From contig JAQGDQ010000213.1 in the NCBI GenBank assembly GCA_030141605.1, forward strand, positions 248,001 through 312,000: 64,000 nucleotides of DNA. Direction: 5' to 3'. The DNA is from Tubiluchus corallicola. Taxonomy: Eukaryota > Animalia > Priapulida. Both the position numbers and the translations under genes were made by a program. Below, piece by piece: positions 28,801-42,576 of the stretch. Numbering within the stretch: the first letter of the stretch is position 1; the number at the start of each line of letters is the position of its first letter. Under the pieces are notes generated by a model. That model saw only the letters and a list, made by a program, of their open reading frames with translations. It searched no databases and was not told where the DNA came from.

Positions 28801-31800
28801 GCCATTTGCAATTAGTTTCTCTTGGTATCTTGCTCTGGTCTTTGTTTCCTGACTGTCTGCTATAATTGCCAGTCAGTTGATTTCGGGCGTTTAATCTAGC
28901 TCCTGGCAAAATGCACACAGCAGTAAAGCTTTTGTGACTGAATGCATGATTTGCAGCCAGTTGCACGTCTATAATGTAATTTAAATGTTTCTTTAAGAGC
29001 CATATCTTTTCCAACTGCGAAAAAATTCACCTTTTTAGCTTTAGCGCTTTTCTTTGTAAGAATGAGTTTCTTGTATTTGCTGTTATAATTGCTGGTTGAT
29101 TATCAGAAGTAATTTGTATGGCAAACACACTTTAGATAGCGAAGTTGATTATATGGTAAAGAAGTGTTTTTAAGTCTTTGAATCATCCATTAAAAGTTGT
29201 TCATTACAAAGGATTTAGTTGAAAATGGATTTAGTCTAATAATGAAATTGTAGTTTTGTCCACCAAACTTGTTACAGTTTTGTAGTTTTTATTTTATTCA
29301 TTTTTTTAATCGATACATTATTCCGCTTAGATTCAGTTTTCCTGTTTTAGATTCCTATCGTATAAAGTTTCTTCCTTCATGTTCTTTAACTCATTGTATA
29401 TGTGTTTTGCACATATTACCTGCTAAAGGCAAATGTTTCCGGTGCAAAACTAAAAACTACTAGTGCATGAAACTAAAAGCAATAATTCAGTATACGTTGA
29501 CATACGCAACGTACAATAGTAAAATATATAATATACATTAGACAAAAATTACATCATTCCCTGATTAACTGCATCTGATCTTTATGTTTCAATTTACTCG
29601 AAAAAAATAAAATTATGTTATCCTTTGTGGAAGTTGCCACGTTCTCTCAAGATTGCATATGTCTTACATGCGTACTACAGACAGGTTTCCTTGTGCTAGC
29701 ATCTAAACTAATGTTAAGATTAACTTATTTTATATTTTACTAATAATTGTACTATAATTATAATTCTGCTAAGTTCTATTTGAATCAATTTTTTAAGATT
29801 ACGATTAAAAGTAATTCCTAATACTTCTGTTGCTGTATAATCAGGGATAATTACATTTTTACTACTAAGGTACTTCTTGTAAATTTGTGTCTCATTTGAA
29901 AAAAAGCAGTAGGTGCTACAGATGATTGATTGCAAAGAAATTTATCCTAATACACCCACAACTACATTGCCAACTCAAACTATTGTAAATGGCCATAAAA
30001 GCTTTTTGAGATTTGGTTGTATTGAACCAATTATGTAGTTTAAAATCCTGCCCTGCCTAAAGGCAGAATAGTACAACAATAATACTGCTGCAATTCAACA
30101 ACGGAAATGAGGTGTAAAGCGAGCCATGCTGTTTGGAAGGATTAAGGCATTTAGCTTTATTTAGCTTTATTTATTTGTTGACTAATTTGTGCCAGTTAGT
30201 TGCAAAGACTAAGTTTTTCATTAATTTTCTGCAGAGAGGCAAAAGAGGCCGAAAAGAAAGAAGAAGCAAAAGAAGGCGAAGGAGAAAAAGTAGAGGGTGA
30301 AGGAAAGGAAAAGAAGGATGAAGAAGCAGCAGCAAAGACTGAAGAGAAGACCGAGGAAGCTGCAGCAGATGATGAAACACCCGAAGAGAAAAAGATCTCA
30401 TCTATGTGCCTCTCCTCAACACACGATTCCTTGTATCTTGGCACAGAAACTGGGAATGTGTATGTTCTGGACACAAAATCGTTTGCTCTGACAGAGAATG
30501 TAATTTATCATGATGTTGCTACCCAAAACTCCAGTGAGGAGGTCAAACACAACCTGGGTGCAGTTGAAGGACTAGCACAGCATCCAACTAATCCAGACAG
30601 GGTATTAATATCTCTCTTGTTCAGGTTTTTGAATTTGTATATTTATTCCAAGTTTGATGAACATTTTGAAGAAATTGCATTTGTGTGATGTTTTGCTGCT
30701 GTTTCGGTTTCACTAATATATTGCTGACATTGCAGTATTTTACTAATCAATATTTATAAAATATTTGACTTTAGTTTTTTGGCTTTTCAGATATTGATTG
30801 GATACAGGAGAGGATTAATTGTGCTGTGGGACAATAAACTGTCAATGGCTATGGGAAACTTTTCATTAAACCAGGTACATACATCCACAGAGTTTGTTAA
30901 TGTACAATATTTCAACATTATTCTGAAAATGCTTTAACCATTGTTTAGGTGCTCTACAATATTTAAATCTAATATAATGCTATGCAGTTTAGTTTTTTAT
31001 TGATCCTTTTTTTCTGAACATACATACTTTTGTATGTTGCTATTTTGATGTGAACTATGTCTATTTAGCGATTTAACAAGTATATAGTAGTACGAGTGTT
31101 GGACTAATGTTTTGAAACAATTGCTGGTCCTGTCATATGAAGCAAAGTGCTAACTAATAGTAAGTTTTTTTTATACCAAGACTAAAGAAAATTTTTTTTA
31201 GATTCTATTAATCTTTGAGAATGTACGGAATCCATCCTATACATATACATTACATGGCAGACTGGCCCATAGCGTCCTTTTGTATCAAATGTAAATTTAT
31301 GATCTCCCGAATAGCAATTTCACATTCATTTCCATACACATCATTTTACAACCTAACCCAACTAATTTCCATTCAACTGCACACTTCATATCGTCTCCTT
31401 TTTATTTCCACTTTTTCACACATCCTACCCCACTACTGCTTCTCCATTTATACTCGCATTATAGTCTCACAAGCCATGTTTTTCAAATGTAAGGCAGCAA
31501 TGATTTATGAGATATAAAAAAATATATTTTCATATTGAATTGAATACCAACTGAATTTTCATATTATGTAATGTGTTGTTATGTTTTGTGTATATATGTA
31601 TTGTTGTATTGGTATTGTCATAATAAAAAATATTGGATTTATGATTGTAGAAGTATGAAGGCAAGTACCTGAAATCTTAAATGTTCCAAAAAATTCTGAT
31701 TGATAATGAGGTACAAAACCACTTGAACTCATTTGGTGGCTTTCAGTACAAATGTTTACATCTTTAACATTCAAACGAGTATCTGTTAAGCTTTCTGCTG

Positions 31801-34800
31801 AAATTATGTAGAAAAAATGAATGGCATTGACATAAGATAAAAATGATCTTTACTTTAGTAATGTGACTCTTATGAAACTTTACAAATTCGCAAATTTATT
31901 CATTCACTTGTTTTTTTCAGGAACTTGAGTCATTGTCGTGGGTTAGTAATGGTGAAAAGTTTGTTAGCTCTTATGCTGATGGTCGATATATTGTTTGGAG
32001 TGTTGGAGACATTAACAAACCAGACATGGCTACCACCACACCATATGGTATGTGTCTTGTGGCATTTTATGAAACTGAAAAAAACTGAAAATAGCTGTTT
32101 TCTTCACATTTGCCATTTTACAAGGTTTATTTCAAAGAAATTTTTCCAAAACCTGTTCCAAAAATCACTCTCACAACATGCTACCATATTGCAAATTTAA
32201 CCTTTTTTTATACTTTTGGCAAGTAAACTATAAATATAAATCTTATCTGAGTGTTAGCTGATGTGCAGATAACTAAAAAAGGAGCTATATTCTTCAAATT
32301 AAAATGCTATTAACACAAGTTTCTACATTCAAGTCACAACACTGGGTAGTTTGTCACCACTAGATTTGAATCGATATTCAGTTATGAAAAGTAAAATTAG
32401 CGCAGAACAATTAAACAATTTTTGGTAGCTGTTTTGAATGTGTTCACATGATCATGTCATATTATTACTAAAGATATTCTTTACTATCTGGTTCAAGCAA
32501 AGCCTTGAATTTAATCAGAAATTTGAATGTGTGACCATCCTTTGAAGGTAGCGGTCCTATTTCTGAATTTTCAAAAGTATCATTTTTAATTTAATTCATT
32601 GAATAAACATTGAGCTTACATATAATATATCTACTGTAACGTGCAAATGGTCAAAGTATGTTACATATGTTTACCGTGAATGTCATTATAAATAGTTTAA
32701 TAAGTTTTTTGAATAAATTATTATTTTAGATATCATTTTTAGATATTTTCACTTAATTATACTAATTATTAACTAAACAAAATACCTATCAATAAATTTT
32801 AGTTTAATAAGAAGAAACTAATTGCCGACTATTAATATCCACCCAAATGTTTATAGTCAGGAAGAACTTAAAGCACAAAAAACGCTCCACTTACATCAAG
32901 CTTAAAAAATTCATATTGAAATTTTATACCACTTACGTAGTGTACTGCCTTTTTGAATTCAGAGCTTTCATCGGCAGTAATGCAGTATAAAACATGTAAA
33001 TTTAAATTCACGCGATGACCGTAGACGCAGCCATCTTGGTGATAAGTCATTTGAAACAAGTTTAGATAACACCGAGTAAAGTTTGGAAAAATAATCAGAG
33101 CATTCATAGCTCACGTGTCACTACTAAATAAAATTTTTAATTACTGTATCTTGTCAATAAGATTAAAAATACATTTTTTGGTTAGTGAGTGGTGCACCCT
33201 GGAGGTGAGTCAATGACATTTTACCAATTGGTGAAAACATTTTTAAATAATTAATAATTTTCTTTTCTAGTTACATAAATCTTTCAAACAGGAAAGTGAA
33301 ATGCTAAGTAATATAACTTTACATGGAAAGTTTTTTGGGACATAGTTTAATACTTCCTTTTCTTCCCCTGATTTACGTTGTGCATATATGATGTAATGTA
33401 ATGGCGCGGTCGGAACAGTATTTAAAGGAAATTTAAGATGACAACTAACAAAAAATCCTTTCAACGTGAGTGTGATATACGCATAAAATCACTATAAAGT
33501 AATATAATTTTTTAAGGCGATTTTCGTGAAACCTACTTCAGGTACCGCTGTTCTCGTCTTTTAATGCTGTTTTATTGCAAAAGTGCCGTGTTATTTAAAA
33601 CAAATATCAGAGTCAAAACTGATTGTCCTGTTATATAGATATGATTTTATGTCTCTAAAACAAAATATAGTGCAATTTTTTGATAGTATTGAATATCGTA
33701 TTTTGTATTTTACAGTCAGTTTCACATCAGCCAACGATGACCCTTGCAAGGGTCAACACATGCTACAATTTGTCTGAATGTTTTTAAATTAATTTGTTCA
33801 TGATTAAATGCCTGATTTTATCAACAATTAGGTATTTGTAATTTCTATAGAACAAAAAGTTTATTATGTAAAAACATCGAAACTGATGTTCATTGCTAGT
33901 AGTTTTCAGTCTAGTACATGTAGTAAAACATTACAATGTGTAATGTTGCAGTACTTAATTATTGTAACTCTGTTTTGCAGGCCCATTTCCATGCAAGCCA
34001 ATCACAAAGGTCGAATGTCTATCCGCTTCTGAGTAAGTGCTTTATGCATTTTTTGAGGTTCAGGATGGCATCGGGGTTCGGGACGTTAATTTTGAGGTCA
34101 GAATTTTTGGGGGTTCAGGGTCGAGTGGTCGGGATCGAAGTTCGGGTCAGGACGAAATGTTGTGGATCGAGGTTCCTGACACCGAATTATAAAAACAATT
34201 ACCAGTAATACAGGGAAATTCTGCAATTTTAGTTCCATTCTTGTTAATATTGATAACTGCGGCATGATTGATCTATTCGTATGTTCAAATAGTTTCTTCT
34301 ACAGCAGTTGACAACATGCTACTGCAGTACATTTCAGATTGTTCTTCTACAACTCTACATAACGTAATGTGGCATCTCTACATAACCAAATCTTGCATTG
34401 CTAAGTAAATGTAAAATAAACATAACTGTAATCTTTTTGCTATCAAGTAAAAATAATTATTAGAAAGAATAATTATACATGGAGCCTACTGACTAAGAAG
34501 AAATATCTGCTTAAGCGGTATTTATGTGGGATTTATATGGGAACGGTACTAGTGGTAACACTGTAAAACAAGAATATATTTTTTGTAAATTGTTCCAACA
34601 TTATTGGCAGATAACATCCACGACTTACGCAGAAGCATCACACTTCCAGGTGACTGAATGTGCATTGTCTGTGTGTGGCATGAAAAGCTACTCACGTATG
34701 CAGTTATGATTAATAGAACTCAATAAAAAAATATGCTATCGCGAAATCTAATTGATGAATAACTTCATAAATGGCTCATTTTTCTTCGTATGCCTCAAAA

Positions 34801-37800
34801 GCAGGAGGCAACGTTGTTTTTCAAATATTAACAACTTTTAAAGTTCGTAATCGGGGCCGGGGCGGAATGAGAAGTTCGGGAACGAGGTTCGGGACTGGAT
34901 TGAATGTTCAGGAATGGGGTTTGGGATTTGAAGAAAGTTTGGGATCAAGGCTCAGGGGTCGAAGGATCATAACTACCCCAGTGCCAAACACCTGTAGTAA
35001 TAAATCCTTCTGAGTTTGCCAATTTTATATGGGCCTTAAAAATATTGAAATCTTCGCCCTTTGCTGAGCATTTTTTTATAAAATATTACCAAACATTGAT
35101 TTTGTAGTTATTTTTATAGAAAGAATTAGTGAAAGAATTAGTTGTGATGAAGGTTTTAGTTTGATTTGATTTGAAATGTTAAAATTCTGTTCCATTAAAA
35201 TTTGATTTTTAATGCTGTATATGGTCACTTTGATTGGCATATTGTTCCAGTAATTTGGTAACTGTTTTGAGCAGTTCTTAATGTATCATGTGGCACAGAA
35301 AAATTGTGCCAAATATTTAGACGATGACAATATTAGAAGCAACTGTTCACAAAGTTGAGATTTCACAGTATGGTATTACAAAACATTAAACTCAGGCAGT
35401 GAAAATTAGAAGTTTACAGCTTTAGTGGTTTTCAAGGTCGAATAACTTTTGCATGTTCAAAAATTAAATCTTCAATCAAATTTAATTTAGCCAGCTATTC
35501 ATCAATTTGAAAAACAGCCAAATTGATATATATATATATATAAGGCACTTAAGACATGACAGTAAAACAGTAACGAAATCACCCAGTTTACTTCATAGCA
35601 CCTTCACCACAGAAAGTAAAGCACTGAAAAATATTTATTGTCAAGAAAAAATGGAATTATAATTCTGACTGTGACATGCGAAATTTCCTCAAAGAGAAAG
35701 TGTATGTTAGGTGCACTTTTTGATGCAGAGAAACAAACGGCAAAAACTGTTGAGTGCTGAACCAAATACCCCTTAAAGAAGTGAGAAACTGTATCAACTG
35801 TTGAAAAAAACTTTTTTATATAGTTTGAGAAACTGTATCGGCTGTTGCAAGAAATGCTTGTGCCTAGTTTGCATTGAAAGTAGTGGACACATAGAGAGAG
35901 CACTTACTATATATTTTAACAATAGTGACACGAACTCTTTTCCAGCATTTAATTTTTCACTTGTTAATTTAAATATTCGGAGTCTTTGGGAAAATCTAAG
36001 GGAATGACCTAAAATTTTTGGTGTTTACACACAACCATATACCGTCAGGGCATCAGTGTTGTAATTTTCAAGAGATTCCATTGTTTTTTATAATATCGTA
36101 ATCAAAACGTCGTCACATTATTTTTGCAGCACTTGATACAACTTAATCTTTTTGCATTTTAATTTCTTTGTTTATGCACTGATATTGTTTATTTAATGTT
36201 ATTTGTACTTGTAACTGATTTTCTGTTTTTCAATTTTAAGTGATCCATATCTGGTTTTTGCTGGTGGAATGCCACGTGCCAGCTATGGAGATCGTAATAC
36301 CGTGACAGTCATGCGCGGAAGCAAGCACATTGCATTTGACTTCACTTCTAAAGTGGTTGGTTTTGTTGTTTTGGCTTCTCCTGATGGAGGTATCACTATC
36401 TACTTATTACTTATCTACAAAGTTTATTATCTTGCATTTAACATGCATTTCAGACTGGCTAACATTGTGTACGTGTTGCTATCAAGGAGTAAATTATTAG
36501 AAGTCCTGACCTGAAATTGTCACTTAAATATTTTAATTTTTATTTAGAACTTGATAATCCATACACGCTTATCGTATTGTTGGAAGAAGAGATCATCTTT
36601 ATTGATCTGCTGGACGATGCTTGGCCAACAATGCGTTTGCCTTATTTAGCCAGTCTTCATGCTAGCGCCATCACATGTTCATCTCATGTCGGGAACATTC
36701 CAGAAGAACTGTGGAATGCCCTGATTGCGGCAGGAGATAATCAAGCAAAGGACTTCTCCAAGAAAGTATGTTGAATTTTGACAGAGTTCATTTAGTATTT
36801 TTTTGCAGGTTTGCTGCAAGAATTTTGGAGTTATGACACTGACGTCATTAAAGTATTTATGAACACCGTTATAGTTTGTATCTAAACATAAGTTGTATTA
36901 AGCCACGCATTTATTAAACAAAAAAGAAATGTTTAGCACTGTATTCCACAGCCCATGACCTCGAGCACTGAGTACTAGCCAAGTAATGCGTTTCATGTGA
37001 ATATTTGTATAAGTAAGATTAATTACGTTGGTTAATGTATTGATTTAATATGTTACAATAATATCATATAAGTAATATGTAAAGCATGAAGAAAGTGGTA
37101 ACTGTTAAAAATATTGCTTAAACATTTTTACCAGTGAACAGTTCTAGGCTTTTAGCCTTTTTAGAAATGTATTCAGAAAGGAGAATGTCACACTTTTAAC
37201 ATTTTTACTTTATTTTATTAGGAATGGCCTTTATCTGGTGGCAAGAACCTGACAGATGCTGGAGACCACAGAGATCTTCTTCTTACTGGGTATTCAGTGA
37301 AGATTATATTTGTTTATTTCACTCTTTCAACATATGGTTAAAAAACAATTTTGTAGAATGTACATACATTACAGTGCCTATGTGTGTGAATTCAATTTCT
37401 GTTTTTTCATTCATCTTTTTCATTTTCCACTTTAGAATTAGCATGTCAACATTGTTCTCTCACCATTGAACTTCTTTTATTACCATCTCTTTTGCAAACA
37501 ACATTTTTACAGACATGAAGATGGTTCAGTACGGTTCTGGGATGCATCCGGCATTGCCATGAGGCTGATTTACAAGCTAGTGACGGCTCCGTACTTTGTA
37601 AGTGATCATGAGCCAACACAAGATCATGAGGAAGAATGGCCACCTTTCCGCAAAGTGAGCGCTTTCGACTCTTATGTATGTTACGCTTATATTTTATAGT
37701 TTGCAGTGGGTTGTGCACTGGTATGCATTTGGTAGTTTACTTCCTTTTTCACTAATACAGTTAGCTTATAGCTATTAATCCACATAGTCACATATGCTAA

Positions 37801-40800
37801 GATACTGGACTGCAGACATTTAAACTTTTAAAGTCAAGTACATCTAAAATGTATGTACGTGTCTTTAAAGTTTAACGTGAACACCAAACAAAATTACTTA
37901 CTCTTATTATTATTACTATTACAACATCACTAAAATAATGCTGAAGAATTAAGTGTGACTCAACAAAAGTCAATCTAATTCTAATTTGGCATCAATTTAA
38001 GTAGGTACAAATATGTGTGTGTTACGCAGACTGCACTGTATATAGTTCCTGCACACTGACGCCTTAATGCATTTTGCAATGAGTGCAATAGTTGTGAGTT
38101 TTGCGGAGCTGCACACAAAAATTGGATATTACGTTTGCTGTGCTTTATTAATTTTATAGCATATGGTATTCACTTTACTATGTGTGTGGATTGTAAAAAA
38201 CTGTGTCATCTAGATTATCACCCATAGTACAATATTTTATGTCTCTAACAAGATTTAAGTGACAACATGCCAATAGTGCAAGGTAAAAGACTTGCTGCTA
38301 TTCTATTGTTGATTTTTTTAAAAACACCGAATAGATGTTGAATTCGTTTTCGTTAGTGACTTGTATTTGTCAAACCTGCACAATTATAAAGGCTTAAAAG
38401 TTGTTAAGCATACGGCAATATTATTTGTAGGCTTCAATAGATTTATAAGTAATTAAACTGTACCTCTGTTCCTTTTTTACTTTTTCTTGCATTTTGTATG
38501 TAATATTTTAATTTACATTGTTCTGACCGTTGTAGATATCTGCTAACAATGATAAACAAGCTTTCAAACTGATTGCTGAATTTTAGCATCACAGTTTTGC
38601 AGATTCCAAGTTGCTTTTGATAATTATTTGAAGCTGTTTGATCTAGTCTCATTTTTTCCTCTGCAGACTGGCACATTTGATCCATACAGTGATGATCCCC
38701 GATTTGGCATTCAGAAACTGGCACTCTGTCCCAGCACAGGAACATTAAGTATTGGCGGCACTGCCGGACAGGTCATTGTACTTCAAATGTCAACAGAAGA
38801 AAAGGAGGTTGAACTTCATGTAAGTTTATGATTTTGCAGATATCTGTTAACAATTAGTTGATTACTCAATGCTAGTCAACTCCTATATCTTTATTTTTTT
38901 GTCTAGTTCTAATGATATCATTAAGAAAGGCATTGTTTATATTGTGTAAAACAATAAATTCAAAACTACATTCTTGAGTGAAGTTTTTTATCAAGATTGT
39001 GATAATGTTGTGCTTTCTACTGTAGATGCCTTATTTTTCATTGTACTAAGCTAAAACGATGTGTCTGTTGATTGTGAATTACTGAAGCTGCTTGCGTACT
39101 TATTCACATTGTTCATACTGAATAGTAAAAAAGATGAACAGTTTATTGAATATTTCTGTTTTTAGGAGGTCTATGTTCAGATTGTCAATGACAGAGACAA
39201 TTTCATTTGGAAAGGCCATGAGGCTCTAACTCCAAAAGACGGTGCTCAGAAACTTCCTCCTGGATTTCAGCCCACAACTGTGCTCCAGATGACGCCTCCA
39301 GCATCTTGTACTGCATTGTCTCTGTGCAACGAGTGGGGCTTGGTTGCCGGTGGCACAGCACACGGTTTTACCCTTTATGATTATGTACAAAAGAAGGAAG
39401 TTATTTCTCGCTGTACTCTGGATGCTTTGTCCATGGCAGCCACCGATTCTGGTTTGTATTCAGTTACAAAGTTGTTCTGCAACGGTTTATGTAGCACACA
39501 ATGCTCATTTATGTGACCATTTTGCTTTGTAGTTTCTTCGGTTGTGCTTATTGTGTTTTGCTAAACTATCTAGTAAAAGAGGTCTGAAATCTTTTTCTTT
39601 TTAATTTGTCTTAGCGAAATTTGTTTATTTATTTATTTAATTGGTAGTTTATTTCAGTGCATTGCATACCATGAACACATATACAAGAAATGTAAATGTT
39701 TATGCATATCTATATGAAATGTATATGTATATTAAACTAAATTAAGTACCATATGCATCTAAAAATTATATTACAAATACAATTAGATATGCAAAGTTCG
39801 AATGATCGAATGATACGCATTACTCGCGATTAGTTAAAATATGCCAAGCATTAAAAATTAGAGGGTCACATAAAGTATCAGAATCACAAAGTAAATTGCA
39901 CAAAATAATGAAACTCCAAAATGTGGAATTTTATTTTCATTATTGATGGCTACAGCGCCAACTACGGCATCATTTTTGCTGATCTGTACGTCAAACGAAA
40001 AGTCTCGATCTAGTGTGTATATATATATATACAGATGTAACACTTTAAAGTTCCATACATTTCTTGCTGTTGTAGGTGCGAAAGGCAAGAGGCTGCGCAA
40101 GTCACTTCGTGAATCATTTCGACGTATCCGCCAGATACGAGTTCGTAGACCCCATACTTCTGGAGGTGGAGAAGAGGAGAGCAAGAAAGAGAAAAAAGAA
40201 AAGAAGAAAGAAGAACCAAAAGAAAGGCAAGCGTCCATTGACTTTTTAGTAAACAGTTTTTGAACAAGTTTACGTTTTCTTAAAAACACCCAGTATAAAA
40301 TGCAGAAAGCTGGTATTAAAAAAAATTATTTACTAGGTGAATGAAAAAATTTTAACCAGTTCGCAATTTGCAATTATTCGCAAACTAAGGAAAACACGAT
40401 TTTTTGTGTGCCTCTTTTGAGGTACTCATAAAGAGTTAGTAATCTTCATTGATGTTAGTTACACAGACTTTTTGATAGCTTTGCGTTTTTTATACATTGA
40501 AGTAAAATGATTTCCAATAATTTTACAGTGAGAAGAAAGAAGCTGGAGATACAGCAGTTAAAGAAGAAACAGCACCACCCGCAGAAGCAGAAAAGAAAGA
40601 GGGGGAGGGAGATGAGAAAGAGAAGAAAGAAGAAACTTCACCAGCAACAGAGGCTGAAACTGCACCTGTTTCAGATACGCAGGAGCCACCAGCTGAGCCA
40701 AAGCCTGCACCTGCTGAAGAAACTGCTGCAGAAACAGAAAAGACAGGTTAATTTTTTACTTTGATGAAATAGTAGAACATGAGCAGTTTTATAAAATACA

Positions 40801-42473
40801 AAAAAGGAGATTTTTAATGTTAAGCTTCCGAAAAAACGGCTTGAAAAATTATATTGGTTAGTAACAAGCTTGTGTGTGTACGATACCCACTTTAAAAGAA
40901 ATTCAGGTTTCTTTTCATTTTAATTCCTGTAGGCATTATGTTGTATAGTGTCACACATTCATGCTACATGCATTGAATTTTTTTTAAGACACTCCAGCTT
41001 GTTACTAGCAGTCGATACAGCAGATCACATATTTTTATCGATTTTCTGTTTACTAAAAATGTTAATGATAAAGTTTATTTCAAACTTGTCGGATGTCTGA
41101 AACTTCAAGAAAATTTCGATGTTTGCAAGTAGGAATTCAAAACATGGCAAAGTGTCTGGCCATGCTATGTCCACATAGTACAGTTGTGTAACGACATGTG
41201 GCGCAGCTATCCAAATGTTTTACTAACATTTTACAATAATGATTCGTAGCACAAAAAGCCCATTTTAAGGAAGCTTGCCAACTGCCAAAGTTTGCTGAAA
41301 ATTTAATAGATATTGAACAGAATGTGCAAACATGAATGGTGCATTCACATAAAATTATGACAAAGTAATGTAATTTCGTAACATAAATGTTTTGAAACTT
41401 GTGAAACTTGAAACACTTTTTTGTTGCTTGAATTTATCAAATTATAGGAGTGTACAACACAGAAAACAATTGGCTTCATTATTCTTTACTCTTATTTTTT
41501 ACTGTTATTATTTAGCTCGTTTTTTAGTTTATCTTCATTTATCCGTAATGTTTCAGCTCAACCTGAAGAAAAAGAAGAGACCAAGAAAGAGGAAGAAAAG
41601 AAAGAGTCTGCAAAAGATGAAGGGTACTATTATTTTGAATCTTTTTAAATGACAAAGTTGAATATTTTACAAAAATGCCATTTTATGTCTTGTTTTCCCT
41701 GTATATTAATAGTGACCATTTTGAATATACTGTAGTCACCTGTTTCTTTAAATCAGAGTTTATAGTGTATATGCGATGAGACAAGCTGTTAAGCTATGTA
41801 CATGGGTAAGGCAAGACCCAAACGGTGCGTAAACCACATTTGGTTTTTGTCCATGTGCAATCATTCCACCACAGTAAGGTAAATGGCTGGGGAAATTATG
41901 GCAGATGAAATGACATAAAAGTTGTTATGCATCCAATTATTGACCAGGCTGAATATTGCTTGATCTTGGTTGTTAAGCAATCACCGCACCATCATCCCAT
42001 CATCCCACATTTGCATTAGAGAAAGATGGAATATAATTGGCACGAGTATTATGGGCATAATTTGTTCTGCTATTTTTTTCATGCAAATGAAGTGTGATAT
42101 ACTTTATTTGGTATGTTTTAAAAACTGGTTAGTACGTTGGAATGAATGTGAATGCACTTACAGAATTCCAGCATCTACAAATTCAATGTGTTTTTTTATT
42201 CAGTAAAACTGTATCAATTTTATAATCACAATCATTTAAACAGGAACATCTATATTTTTCTCTAATTTTGTACACAATTTTTGTTTAGCGCGAAAGAAGA
42301 GGTTAGATCAAAATCACCCGAGGTATTGGAAGCAAGTACGGACGACAGTATGATTTCCATGGTGAGAAGCCTCTATTTCTCCACTACATTCCTTGTGACT
42401 GGTGAGTGCATTTATGTAATATTTTCTTAATTTACAATTGTAGTTAGTGTTACTTATTATTGTATTATTATTA

Positions 42474-42524
<51 letters not shown>

Positions 42525-42537
42525 GATTATTATTATA

Positions 42538-42576
<39 letters not shown>

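Noticed and set aside
30171-30491. Overlapping K/R-rich and S/F-rich ORFs (also at 39858-40289, 40507, 41392, 47226, 47769, 48977)
   Set aside because: They are alternative-frame or antisense shadows of the GAA/AAG-rich Lgl exons.
35920-36010. LINE endonuclease start ([11 protein letters not shown])
   Set aside because: A single short motif with no downstream support; too weak to annotate.
36390-36547. Second U12-type intron (donor GTATCA)
   Set aside because: The donor deviates from GTATCCTT, there is no TCCTTRAY branch point, and a normal T-rich acceptor is present.
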